In this document: piece after piece, positions 24,607-36,595 of the stretch
Position numbering within the stretch: position 1 is the first letter of the stretch
Layout of the letters: every line of letters starts with the position of its first letter
Origin: Neoechinorhynchus agilis
Taxonomy: Eukaryota; Animalia; Acanthocephala
Direction: 5' to 3'
NCBI GenBank assembly: GCA_051530055.1
Contig: CM121341.1
Span: 7,108,784 to 7,172,783 of the forward strand
Length of the DNA stretch: 64,000 bases
Notes under the pieces: model-generated
Databases searched by the model: none
The model's input: only the letters and a program-made list of their open reading frames with translations
What the model was told of the DNA's origin: nothing
Made by a program: the position numbers and the translations under genes

Positions 24607-25065
24607 TTCCAGAAAGTAGACCAAGACCGACTGAGGCAATGGACACCGGCGCACCCATTAGAAATAAAAGAAATCCAAAATTAATCGAAGCGAGCGCAAT
24701 GACCTTCGTCCAATGCCTGTTTCCGGAGCTTTTGTTGCCAAATAATATTCTCAAGTTTGTGGACTTCATTAGTGACGATTTGTATCTGATCAAAATTCAA
24801 TCCTGATCGCTCTGAAAGTAAATAATTCCATTGTGATATTCAGGGAAAATAGGAGCCCGAACGTACCTTCGACAGGGATGAGCAATCTTCCCGCTGCACG
24901 AAAGCCATAAAAGCTAACGCCCAAAAGAGGTGCAGCCACCAAAACTGGAATAATTAGACCATGACGCCTTCCAATGAATTTACGAATCGGGCTCGGTATT
25001 CGCATGATTGCAAAAATATTAGCAAATCTCTGAAACAGATTCTCGTTTACGCCCACTCGCCCCAT
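24551..25065 (-). CDS. Small single-pass membrane protein, weakly SMIM20-like; 2-3 exons
   Basis: The ATG at 25065 gives MGRVG...RRHGLIIPVLVAAPLLGVSFYGFRAAGRLLIPVE. A 55-nt GT-AG intron (24812-24866) continues as ERSGLNFDQIQIVTNEVHKLENIIWQQKLRKQALDE. The protein ends either at TAA 24681-24683 or, via a second intron (24631-24703), at TGA 24551-24553. Confidence 0.55.
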
Positions 25066-25144
25066 CGAAAACGCTCAACTTCTCTGACGTCATCAACGAA
25101 GATTTCTATACTCAGAGAAATAAGAAGTCTTCCGTGTTCAAAAT

Positions 25145-26340
25145 AAATTACGTCATAAAGTTTATTTATATGCCCAGATTTCACCTTTTTACGGCTTCAA
25201 CTGGGCAATTGTAAATTGTTTCGAGATAAAAGTGGAAGATAAAATAATAGTTTTGTGGCGTCTCTCACCCAGACATTTATTTGATCGAATTCCTCTGCTG
25301 AAGGACATGACGGACCCGGGATCCTGAATCAAAACGTAAATTGATGTTGAGCGAGCGCTTGTTTGTGTTTTAAATGTTGACAACACCTGAAGGGGAGACC
25401 GGCGAGTCTCGAAAATTCGATCAAATAAGTGTCTTTGGTGAGAGACGTCACAAAAACAATAATACTATCCAATCAAAGCAACAACTTGACGTTAAGATAA
25501 TAGTTCAGGAGTAATTATCCCCTACACGGCTGATTTTTTGGGCACACAGCCCAATCCCCAGCGCAGTGACGACCTCTCACTTCGAAAAATAGCTTTTTAA
25601 CTTTCACTTTTATCTCGAAACAATTTACAATTGCCCAGTTGAAGACGTAAAACGGCAAAATCTAGGCAAATAAACTCTAAGTCGTACAAATGTCAAATTA
25701 AATTAAAATTCAGACATACGCCTGGAAAATCAAGCAGCGATTCACGCCATTATGGTCAAAAAAGGATGTTTTGCCTTTTCATTCTTCTTGAATTAGAATT
25801 AATTTAAAATTTATGGATATATTTTGACTTGTGAAATATTGTGTGAAAGGGAATTAATCGTTGGCAACACCTGAAGAGGAGACCGGAGAGTCTCGAAAAT
25901 TCGATCAAATAAGTGTCTTTGGTGAGAGACGTCACAAAAACAATAATACTATCCAATCAAAGCAACAACTTGACGTTAAGATAATAGTTCAGGAGTAATT
26001 ATCCCCTACACGGCTGATTTTTTGGGTGTACAGCCCAATCCCCAGCGCAGTGACGACCTCTTACTACGAAAAATAGCTTTTTAACTTTCACTTTTATCTC
26101 GAAACAATTTACAATTGCCCAGTTGAAGCCGTAAAACGGCAAAATCTAGGCAAATAAACTCTAAGTCGTACAAATGTCAAATTAAATTAAAATTCAGACA
26201 TACGCCTGGAAAATCAAGCAGCGATTCACGCCATTATGGTCAAAAAATTATGTTTTGCCTTTTCATTCTTCTTGAATTAGAATTAATTTAAAATTTATGG
26301 ATATATTTTGACTTGTGAAATATTGTGTGAAAGGGAATTA
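25145..26340. mobile_element. Foldback/MITE-like dispersed repeat: inverted arm plus two direct 484-bp copies
   Basis: A unit starting CAACACCTGAAG.GGAGACCGG.GAGTCTCGAAAATTCGATCAAAT occurs at 25381 and 25865. The segment 25145-25295 is an inverted, internally deleted copy of it. Confidence 0.8.
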
Positions 26341-26505
26341 ATCTCTATTTTCTCAATCGTTAAACCATAGTTGAAAAAACCGGAGAGACGTTCCGAATAT
26401 TGTGTCGAAGAAAATTATTAAAAATCTCTAAATCACATCAAACAAAATATAAGTTTCCTTAGAATTTTTATTTGCCCGATTGGATTTTTTTGAGGTTATT
26501 CGAGA

Positions 26506-27102
26506 TTATTTCGATGGTCTAATGAGTGTGTTGCTGCTGATCAGTCGATTCCAGGACGCATTCATTTGATGATGGGAATGACATCCTTTACTGTGGCATT
26601 TTAAACACAAATTAAAGTTTGCGCAATCGAGGCATTTGAACCGGCATCCCTTGATATTTTCGTCGCATTCATCACAGGATACTCTACCGTGATCGTTGAT
26701 GGGAATTTGAACTTTCTTAACCTTGACACTTTTAGACAGTTTGGATTCTCTAACTGCAAATTTAAGAAACATTGACTTTGCAAAGTAGTCTTTGTGTTCA
26801 ATGAGCCAATTGAACTCATCAGCGGTGTCCACTCGATACTCTTCGTCTTGTTCATCTATATAAAATATGTCGTAATCGGTCTGTGAGGATACAAATTTTG
26901 AAAGTGATTTCACTAGTTGGATCCATGGCTTAGTGTCCCATTGATTTGAAGGTCGATCGGCTAGGAGAAATCGGGAGTCAGGCTCATTTTCACACTGAAA
27001 CTTTATAGCATAGATGTCCATTTTAATAGGGATCTTAGTGAATGCCATTGATCTCCCTTGGAACAATTTAACTACTAGGTGAAAATGTGTTGAGCGACTC
27101 AC
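26506..27102 (-). CDS. PB1 plus ZZ zinc-finger protein (p62/SQSTM1/Ref(2)P-like, no UBA visible)
   Basis: PB1 has a basic IYAIKF and an acidic OPCA-like YIDEQDEEYRVDTADEF. The ZZ finger is HGRVSCDECDENIKGCRFKCLDCANFNLCLKCHSKGCHSHHQM. The stop comes 19 codons later. Confidence 0.85.
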   Translation of the reverse strand: MSRSTHFHLVVKLFQGRSMAFTKIPIKMDIYAIKFQCENEPDSRFLLADRPSNQWDTKPWIQLVKSLSKFVSSQTDYDIFYIDEQDEEYRVDTADEFNWLIEHKDYFAKSMFLKFAVRESKLSKSVKVKKVQIPINDHGRVSCDECDENIKGCRFKCLDCANFNLCLKCHSKGCHSHHQMNASWNRLISSNTLIRPSK

Positions 27103-27317
27103 TCATACTTTCTCGAGACTTTGATGTATCGTAGATGCGCATTGTGTTTGCGTCTAAGTGCGGAAATTGAGTGCATACTAAAAACCTACATTTTTCATGA
27201 ATCAATCACGTTTCAAATCTGTCGAAAGTGCATCGGAATTAAATCAATGACAAATCAATAGTGTGCTTCTTAAGATTTAATCGGTCAAATCGGGCCCGGA
27301 TTGAAAGTATTGAATCG

Positions 27318-27962
27318 TTTTCGCCCAATCTAAGGCGTTTGTTTTAATAAATAACAATAACTGACGAGGCGAAGTTTTCGCTTCCGAAATCTCTAAATTC
27401 AATAAAACGTCTTATCCGGGGGGATTATGATCACTGCGTCTCATGAATTCTGTCATCCCGAAGGATTTTCTATCAATAATCCCGGATATCCAAATTGAGT
27501 TGTTTTCGCCCAATCTAAGGCGTTTGTTTTAATAATTAACAATAACTGAAGAGGCGAGGTTTTCTCTCCTGAAATCTCTCAATTCAATAAAACGTCTTAT
27601 CCGGGAGTGAGATTGTGATCACTGCGTCTCATGAACTCTATCATCCCGAAGGATTTTCTATCAATAATCCCGGATATCCAAATTGAGTTGTTTTCGCCTA
27701 ATCTAAGGCGTTTGTTTTAATAATTAACAATAACTGAAGAGGCGAGGTTTTCTCGCCTGAAATCTCTCAATTCAATAAAACGTCTTTTATCCGGGGGGGA
27801 TTATGATCACTACGTCTCATGAACTCTATCATCCCGAAGGATTTTCTATCAATAATCCCGGATATCCAAATTGAGTTGTTTTCGCCCAATCTAAGGCGTG
27901 TGTTTTAATAATTAACAATAGCTGACGAGGCGAGCGAGGTCTTCTCTTCCGAAATCTCTCAA
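27318..27962. repeat. Tandem array, about 186-bp unit x about 3.5
   Basis: GTTTTCGCC(C/T)AATCTAAGGCG recurs at about 27318, 27502, 27689 and 27878. Confidence 0.95.
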
Positions 27963-28222
27963 TTCAAAATTATTGCATATCTTGAATTAGAGTTTAAGTC
28001 GTAAGGAGAGATTCCTTCGGGATGATAGAGTTCAAAAGAGGTGGTGGTGAGCATAATTCCCCGGATAGATAATATTGAATTAAGATATTTCGTAAGAGGA
28101 AGCCTCGATTACTAAATTGTTTTAGACGCACTCCCGCGTATTCGATCCATAAAAAAGTAAGGACCCCATAAACGCGCATTAGAAACGATTTTTTGTTCGT
28201 TTGTAATACCAACTAAATCCAT

Positions 28223-30946
28223 TTAGAATTGAGCCTGTTTTGAATAGAGTGCCTTGGCAACCGCTGCTTTGATCTCTTGTGGTTCATCTTGAATTGCGGC
28301 CTTAAGAGCGTATCTAATTGCCAACAGTGCATGTTCGACCAAGATGAAGATGACAATGTATTGGATGTCGGAATAAGACTCGAAGATTTTTCTGACTTGT
28401 GGTTGGAGTGCAATCACTGTAAGATTTATCGCTACGGAAGCCACACTGAGCGCTTCTATGGCCTTTAGCCACGGACCAATTCCTTGGGAAAGTCTTGGAA
28501 TGGGTCTCTGATAGACGTGGAGGATCATAAATTCGTCAGATCGCATCTCGACGATTGCACAAAACAATGCAGCCAATGGCACCCATGGAAACAGGGACGA
28601 GAACATACATACAAGACCGAACTGCTCGAATAATCCAGAATAATTCTGCTGTTTTGACTCATTATAAGGCACGAGAACACTCGCTTCCTTCTCCACTTGA
28701 CTGATGTCCTTGTGTACCGAAAGTTTCTTAAACTTTTTAGTCAAATACGGCACTAAGGTTTTGTTCGCTTTTTGACTCATCACTTTGACCAGGAAAATGG
28801 AATATAGCATTTTCGATACTGAACTGAAATCGAGGTCAAGAAATGCCGTTAAAAGTAGACTGAGGAAACAATTGGCACTATGGAACACGGCCATCTTTGT
28901 GGTAAGGGCATTAAAGTAATCCGTTTTGGTCCGGTGATTCTCGAAATTGTTCAAAGATCTCACGAATAGTGAGTAGGTTTTGCGAAACGCATCCGTAAAC
29001 GTTGAATGCACGATTCCTGGTAAGATTTTAACAAGCCCAGATAATGATAGCCAATGTGCAGATTTGTCTTCGATTTTTTCATCACTATATTTGAAGTAAG
29101 CAAACGTCGTGTAGACCGATAAAGCACAATAGGCAATTATTAGAGGATATGTGACTCCGAATTGTTTCGCGAATCTTTTCCAGAATGGGTATTCTAAGAC
29201 TTTCTTGTTTGTTACTGGATCAATGACCAATCGATCGCCATAGAACCTGGGTCGCGCTTTTTCATATAAATTAAAATTCAAACTTCCCCACTGGTACGCT
29301 AGTCGATACGATCGACGTCGCCAGATTTTGATGAACAATGACATGGTTAAGACGTTCATTAACGTACCGAAAAATAAGTAAGTCACATTTCAACACAAAG
29401 TCTTATGGATGAAATCAAAGAAGAATACTGGGAAAGTGATAAATGCGACCAATACGATAGTCAAATCCAGAATGTATTTCTAAATGTCTTGGATTATTTT
29501 CTTCAGTACGCACTTCTCGGATTCAAAAATTCATTTCTTCGATATTTCACCCCGCGGATAATTAGATCTTTTTCCCGTGGATTGTCAAACCTTGATAATG
29601 TCGGAACCGGGAAAAGAGACTTTCTTTTTCTAAGTTTTTCCACCCCTCGGATTCAAAAATTCACTTTCACCTTTCGGGCAATTAGAACGTTTTCCCAAGG
29701 TTTATCATTATTTACCCGACGTTGAATAACGGAAATAAATTAGTTAATTTAAATCCGATGGGGTGGCAAAACTGCCAAAAGAAAGCCACATTTATACATT
29801 CGACTTTCTCACCGGCCAAAATATTCGAATGAAATGTTCAAGGAAATAAATTAGTCAATTTAAGCCCAGCTGTGAAAAGAGGAGGGTTGGCGTCACGAAG
29901 GGCATTCGGTTGTAAAATTCTTGCCAAATTTTGATCCAAATGACAACCAACAACCGAATCAACCAAATTACTAAGGCGTCCATGCGACGCGAAGTGCGAA
30001 CCCAGAGACTGGAAATGAGGGGAAATCGCCGACGAGGAAGGCCGAGGAAACGATGGATTGCATCAAACAGGATAAATTGGCTGTCGAGGGAACCGCAACC
30101 TCTCTCTCTCTGAGAGAGAGAAATGTGTGAGAAGAAGGGTGTTATAACTACCAAAAGGAAGATTTTAATTATTCGATTTTTATTGGAGAAACGTGTAGAA
30201 TCGACCGGACCAACCAACAGACTCCGTGTTTTAAATTCGAAATAAGCAAATAACCACGACAAAAGTCCAAAAGCTGACATTAGCGCCAGAAATTGGATGT
30301 AAGCTCGGTAAAAAGCAAAATAGAAAGCGACTTCATGTCCGAAATATCCACAGAAATCACCTAATAGTTTCTCACGTTTTTCAGGCTCGAATGACGTAGA
30401 ATAAAAGTTTCTAGCTTCGTATTGCAGACGATGCAACTGTTCCGGATCATGAACTGGGTAATAGCCTTTAAGAAATCCGCGTTTCTTAAGTGCATGAACG
30501 AGTGTATAATACGGTTTTACGATTAAGTCTGCGAATCCTGGAATATAGGTAGTTCCTTGCGGCGGCATCAACCATTCCAATATATTGCTGATTAAAAATA
30601 TCGCCTCTGCTTCCGTCAAAAACGAGTCAGGATCTTCTCCTCCGACAAAATCGTCGATTCGTTCCATTTTAAATTCTTGATAACTACCATCCTTGCATCG
30701 TTTCTTGAACCCCAACTCTTCTGCTTTGGAGAGCAGACGGTGCGTTTTAGCACCAATTTGGACAATCACTCCCGTGTGTTTGATTGAACACACCTTTACC
30801 AATAATCCTCCACCTCCGTTTGGAATCGGGGATTCTTTAAGCCGCCCAATTACCCATGGTATCACCGGCGATGAAGTGATTTCACTTTTAATGAATTGAA
30901 GTGCAAGATACACTCGGAAATCAGAAGGCGTTTCAGTATCCACCAT
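28223..30946 (-). CDS. Anoctamin/TMEM16 (ANO10/ANO8-like) locus split into two ORFs; structure irregular
   Basis: The 5' ORF has LKGYYPVHD and YFGHEVAFYFAFY. The 3' ORF has KIWRRRSYRLAYQWG, EKARPRFYG, YPFWKR, NNFENHRT, EQFGLVCMFSSLFPWVPLAAL, EMRSD, RPIPR...GIGPW and VEH. An in-frame TGA at 29390-29392 and MITE DNA lie between them. A possible extra 5' exon starts at 31191. Confidence 0.85.
29511..29770. mobile_element. MITE copy inside the anoctamin locus
   Basis: TTTTTCCACCCCTCGGATTCAAAAATTCACT (about 29636-29665) is identical to about 63466-63495. A second partial left arm lies at 29511 and a diverged right arm at about 29735-29767. Confidence 0.75.
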
Positions 30947-31344
30947 CGGAAATAAAAAGAGTTTTCGAGACGAAATGTGAACGTAGCTCTCTGCTCAAAT
31001 GACAAACTCAGCCGACGTTGAAAAAGAAAACTATTCCGTCGTGTTTTAATGACTACAATACCTGTTAACTGTTTCTTCCAAAAAATCTTTATTGTGATTG
31101 GTCCGCGCGCGTCGACAAATTTAATCCAAAAGGATTTTCCTAACATACAATCGATGTGTACCAATTCTTTCGACCGTCGTTGCGCATCCATTTTTATCTC
31201 CTTTTCCTATAATGATTTAGTCACACAATGCATTGCAATAGAAGAAAACGAGTCTCATTAATGATATCGCTTTATAAAAAACCCGAGTAGGTAGCCAATC
31301 ATATTACAGATCGTTGTCGTGATGACTTACGGAGATTTTTTTTT

Positions 31345-31530
31345 GTTGATAGGAGAAAATAAATGAAATTAAGAATTTATTGGATATTTCGATCCACTAT
31401 CTCGGATCTTTTTCAGCGATTGTTTGCAAGTTTTTTAACTGACTTGCAAACAATCGCTGAAGAAGATCCGAGATAGTGGATTGAAATATCCAATAAAATC
31501 TTAATTTCATTTATCTCTCTCCTATCGACA
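31345..31530. repeat. Long near-perfect palindrome (arms about 85-88 bp, loop about 10 nt)
   Basis: GATAGGAG...GATCCACTATCTCGGATCTTTTTCAGCGATTGTTTGCAAGT pairs with ACTTGCAAACAATCGCTGAAGAAGATCCGAGATAGTGGAT...CTCCTATC. Confidence 0.92.
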
Positions 31531-31554
31531 AATAACAATGAATTATCTTTTCAA

Positions 31555-32120
31555 GAAGATTTTTTTATAACGAATTATCAAATAATTGTTCTTTTGACGT
31601 CTCTCATCAAAGACATTTGATCGAATTTTCGAGACTCGCCGGTCTCCTTTTCAGGTGTTGTCAATGCGTTGCCCTCCTCTGATTCCTTTTCAGATAACCG
31701 AAGAAAAGCTTCCTGACGAAGACGCAAGGCGTCGAAAATTTGAAGCAAGAAATAAATAAAACACCCATTTTCCGTTCGATAATAAATCTGGAATATATTT
31801 TAGGAATAAGATCTTTTTCAAGAACCCAAAAATCGACGTCCATCACTTAAAAGAAATTCTTATTGTCATTTCCAAAAAATCAACTAAATATCGAAAATTT
31901 TAACAAAAAGTGGGATGAACTCTTGCTTGTGGACTGATATCAAGACACGAACTGAATATTACCTCCATTTTATCTATCGGTTATCTTAAACCGAAAAATG
32001 TGGTAGGTATACACTGAAATAGTTGACTAAACAACGCCGCATACGTCGTAAACACTTGCAAACAATTTTGGCAACACCTGCAGAGGAGACCGGAGAGTCT
32101 CGAAAATTCGATCAAATGTG
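31555..32120. mobile_element. Second locus of the CAACACCTG foldback-like family (diverging inverted arms)
   Basis: A minus-strand copy lies at about 31590-31665 (TTTGATCGAATTTTCGAGACTCGCCGGTCTCC....CAGGTGTTG) and a plus-strand copy at about 32069-32120. Confidence 0.75.
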
Positions 32121-32850
32121 TATTTGAAGATTGAATTGTTGATGCTTGTTCATGGCATGAAGATTAAAAGAATTTATTAAATCCGATATTTGGGAACCGT
32201 AATCTTGCACGCGTTCATCAATGTTTCTTGTACTCACAAATTTTAAAACTTACAAGCAACCTTGATAAAGGCACGAGATTGTGTTTGAAGATTGAATTGT
32301 TGATGCTTGTTCATGGCATGAAGATTAAAAGAATTTATTAAATCCGATATTTGGGAACCGTAATCTTGCACGCGTTCATCAATGTTTCGTGTACTCACAA
32401 ATTTTAAAACTTACAAGCAACCTTGATAAAGGCACGAGATTGTGTTTGAAGATTGAATTGTTGATGCTTGTTCATGGCGTGAAGATTAAAAGAATTTATT
32501 AAATCCGATATTTGGGAACCGTAATCTTGCACGCGTTCATCAATGTTTCGTGTACTCACAAATTTTAAAACTTACAAGCAACCTTGATAAAGGCACGAGA
32601 TTGTGTTTGAAGATTGAATTGTTGATGCTTGTTCATGGCGTGAAGATTAAAAGAATTTATTAAATCCGATATTTGGGAACCGTAATCTTGCACGCGTTCA
32701 TCAATGTTTCTTGTACTCACAAATTTTAAAACTTACAAGCAACCTTGATAAAGGCACGAGATTGTGTTTGAAGATTGAATTGTTGATGCTTGTTTATGGC
32801 ATAAAAATTAAAAGAATTTATTAAATCCGATATTTGGGAACCGTAATCTT
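32118..32850. repeat. Tandem array, 161-bp unit x about 4.5
   Basis: GAAGATTGAATTGTTGATGC recurs at 32126, 32287, 32448, about 32609 and about 32770. Confidence 0.97.
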
Positions 32851-32974
32851 CCATGTTGACCGAAACATTATTATTTGGATCTGAACATAAAATTTTCGGA
32901 TTTGAAGCTTGCTTTAAAAAAAATTGCCCTTTTTACCCAGTTTAATTATACCATCTTTATGAATTACAGAGCTT

Positions 32975-34699
32975 TTATTTTTTTAAAAGGGGAAAGACTA
33001 TCAAAATTGCAGTTATAGTGAGTGCAAATGTAAGACCGATCATTAAAATGAGATTAACTCGACTTAGGTAGTAACTTTTTCGCGACCAAATTGGATATGT
33101 CCTCGGAATTGCGTTGTTAATCGACAGCATATACCCTAGAGCCCACCCTCGGCTCTTATTCGAATCCAGCTTATCAATAGGCTGCATGGACCTTGATCCG
33201 AAATAATTCATTGATATATTTAAACGGTTCATTAGAGTACGGACATTGTAGCCGTCATAGCAAAGTTTGACTCGGAATTTGTCGGGGTTCGAAACACGTT
33301 CCTTACATTTTGTTTCTAAGACTTTATCGAAAGCCACTTGTCCGATTGGCTCATCTAATGCCTTCCACGTGTAATAGAAAGATCCAATCAATTTAAATGT
33401 ATCGGTCTCTTCAATACGTGGAACAAGCGCCCCGGAAAAGTTGCATCCGGCTTCTGTGCACACTGATAACTTCATTGCTCTATCGACGGTACTTTTACAC
33501 TTTTCTGGATTACCTGTACCAATGATCGAATAAACAAGATTTCGTCGAGGATTCCATCTATAATTTGAGCAGGGATTAGAACTTATTTTTGAAGAATTAA
33601 GTTCGTGTTTGTGTCCATTCAATCCGCATGGATCTGAAATTTCTTGATTCTTCGGACTATTATCGATTATGTACCTTAGATAGCTCAAATAACTATAGTC
33701 TGCCCCTTGACAATCGAAGCTTTGAACGTATAGCTTTAGTCTGTGTTGAAAAAACGGGCTCGTTGTGAAGTTTATTTTGTGAACTCTAAGTGCTGTTTCG
33801 TTTTTGGGAACAAATGCAATCTGCATTGATCCACCGCCCATATCAAGAACACCATCAGTGTACAATTCCTGAGTTTTTGGATTCATTTTAGCTAAAAGGA
33901 CGTTTATTGCAGCGGTTGTGGATGCAGAAATCCAACGGGATTGTGCCTTTAAAAAAATGGATTGTTTTTAAACTAACTGAGCATTTAGAGATATCGTTAA
34001 GGTGATTTAATACTGAAATTCGGAGATTTAAAGATCCACGAAGGTTTGGACATTTCACGAGAATTGAGTTATGGATTAAAGATAAATTTCATTTTCGGCT
34101 CAAAAACCGAAAAGCCTTTACAATCCTAATCCACAACCGTTTCATACAGTATACCACGCATACATTCCTTCTTCGCTTCCGTCCAATATCCGTATTTTCC
34201 GCTCGTCTGTATAATATCCTTCTTTTACAATAAAACTTCGAACAGCATTCAAAATTTGTTTGCACAATTCAGGGTTGGTCTGAGATAAAGATCGCATTCC
34301 AGCCGTTGCTCCAAGGGAAACTGTAATTGATTTGCGTTTATCTTCAGGTATTACACGGGCTAGTTCATCCATCATCGGTCTAAAGTGCTCTCTGACTGCA
34401 TGAGAAAGATTATCGCTTTTTAAATGAGCAAGCGGTTTCCTTGATTTACCCGAAGCTATCTCTTCAATCGACCTGATTGTTTTTTCTCCATCCGACCATT
34501 CACCATTCCATTTATACACATAAAGCTTTGTGCTCGAGGATCCAGCGTCAAATACAATTCCTAAATTCTCATGCTCTCCTCCGTGCAAGGCATATAAATA
34601 AGTAGAAATTAGAAGAGTTGCAGCAAGGGTCACGATTATTATAAGTGTTAATATGAGCGCTAAAAATGTTCTTCGCTTTGACCAACGTCCTGGCTCCAT
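32975..34699 (-). CDS. Ecto-NTPDase/apyrase (GDA1/CD39 family) with N- and C-terminal TM helices, 2 exons
   Basis: ACR1 IVFDAGSSST, ACR2 LGATAGMR, ACR3 GSEEGMYAW, ACR4 GVLDMGGGSMQIAF and ACR5 GWALGYML are present. The probable intron is about 33947-34147. Confidence 0.93.
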
Positions 34700-35611
34700 T
34701 ATATTCGAGCCCAGTACTAAGATATATCTAAAACTTTGGGGAGTAAGGCATAAAATGTTATTTGCTCCAGCGAAGTTTAAACGTGCACTTAAAGAAATCT
34801 CACACCAATTTTCAAATCTAAATGGAAATCCTGCTTGTTTCTAGTTCCTATTCAAATCTACATTGAAAAACGAGAATGCTTACAGCATAGCGATCTTTGT
34901 CATAAAAAATACATCCGGAAAATGCAGTTGAAATCTGTCTCGTTTTCGAATAGAACTTTGCAAACACTTCAAAGGTTTTTCAGGAATATTACAATATATA
35001 TTAAGAAAAATAGTCCATCTTTCGAGCTTCAATGCACGAAAAACTGGTGTTCAAAGGAAAACTTTGAGGTGCTTTAATCCCCCGTAGCAAATTTTTTCTT
35101 AGCAATTAGGCTATAAAGGTGTGACCTTGTAAAAGTGAGAGAAACCATCGATTAATAATTTTATCTTTTATTTAGTGCTCCTTAGTAAAAACTCTGTCAC
35201 TCTATAGGGTCTATTGAACCACTTAACGGATTTTGGGAACTTATCGCAGTTCTTATGAAGACTACTGATCTCTCCACTAATATGGCAGCCATGATAACCT
35301 TTTTTATGGTCGCTATTGGATACATCTTCATGAGCATATCAATGTCTTATTTTGAAAACAGGTATTCTATACATTGATATTATGCCAATTTCTTCAATAT
35401 GAAATGTTCTTTTTGGTTTAAATTTTACATTTTTAATTAAATTTTACGCTGTATTGTGACTCCGCCTTTAGAATTTAACCATTGACTCCAAAGACAAAAC
35501 TTATAGTATTAGACTAATGAACCCAAAATGTTCCGGATGACCGGGCTAACCATGAACATTGATCAATAAATATATAAACTCAAAAAGACAATGCGGATAA
35601 ATCGTCTATGA

Positions 35612-36595
35612 ATCCATTCTTCGGCAAGGATCTTTTTTAGTTCAATAAAAACCCTTCATCATTATTATCCTATTTTATTGGTACCGCATTAAATTTTAAG
35701 GAATTCGAGTTAATCCATGTAAAACGCTTTGAATGATTCCTCGGCAAGGATCGCTTTTTAGTTCAATAATAAGCCCTACAATTATTATCCTATTTTATTA
35801 CTCGTTTTTGTCTAATAATTCCAGAGTAAATCTGTTAAAATCTTAATTTTCTCTAAGTTTCTTTGGAACCGCATTAAATTTTAAGGAATTCGAATTAATC
35901 CATGTAAAATGTTTTGAATGATTCCTCGGCAAGGATCTTTTTTTTAGTTCAATAAAAAGCCCTACAATTAATATCCTATTTTATTACTCGTTTTTGTCTA
36001 AGAATTCCAGAGTAAACCTGTTAAAATATTTTTCTCTAAGTTTCTTTGGGACCGCATTAAACTTTAAAGCATTCGAGTTAATCCATGTAAAATGCTTGAA
36101 TGATTCTTCGGCAAGGATCATTTTTTAGTTCAATAAAAAACCCTACAATTAATATCCTATTTTATTATTTGTTTTTGTCTTGGAATTCCAGAGTAAATCT
36201 GTTAAAATCTTTATTTTCTCTAAGTTTATATGGTACCGCATTAAATTTTAAGGAATTCGAGTTAATCCATGTAAAATGCTTTGAATGATTCCTCGGCAAG
36301 GATCGTTTTTTAGTTCAATAAAAAGCCCTACAATTAATATCCTATTTTATTACTCGTTTTTGTCTAAGAATTCCAGAGTAAACCTGTTAAAATCTTTATT
36401 TTCTCTAAGTTTTTTTGGAACCGCATTAAACTTTAAGGAATTCGAGTTAATCCTTCTAAAATGTTTTGAATGATTCCTCGGCAAGGATCTTTTTTTAGTT
36501 CAATAAAAAGCCCTACAATTAATATCCTATTTTATTACTCGTTTTTATCTAAGAATTCCAGAGTAAACCTGTTAAAATCTTTATTTTCTCTGAGC
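35612..36595. repeat. Tandem array, 185-bp unit x about 5 plus a shortened first unit
   Basis: CGGCAAGGATC recurs at about 35622, 35742, 35928, 36109, 36294 and 36479. The near-identical short ORFs at 36100, 36285 and 36470 are its translation. Confidence 0.96.

Noticed and set aside
21617-29392. In-frame TAA (PIG-F-like) and TGA (anoctamin) as a sign of a variant genetic code
   Set aside because: TAA and TGA terminate complete genes here (Ral TAA; DZF, protocadherin and convertase TGA), and long ORFs contain no internal stops.
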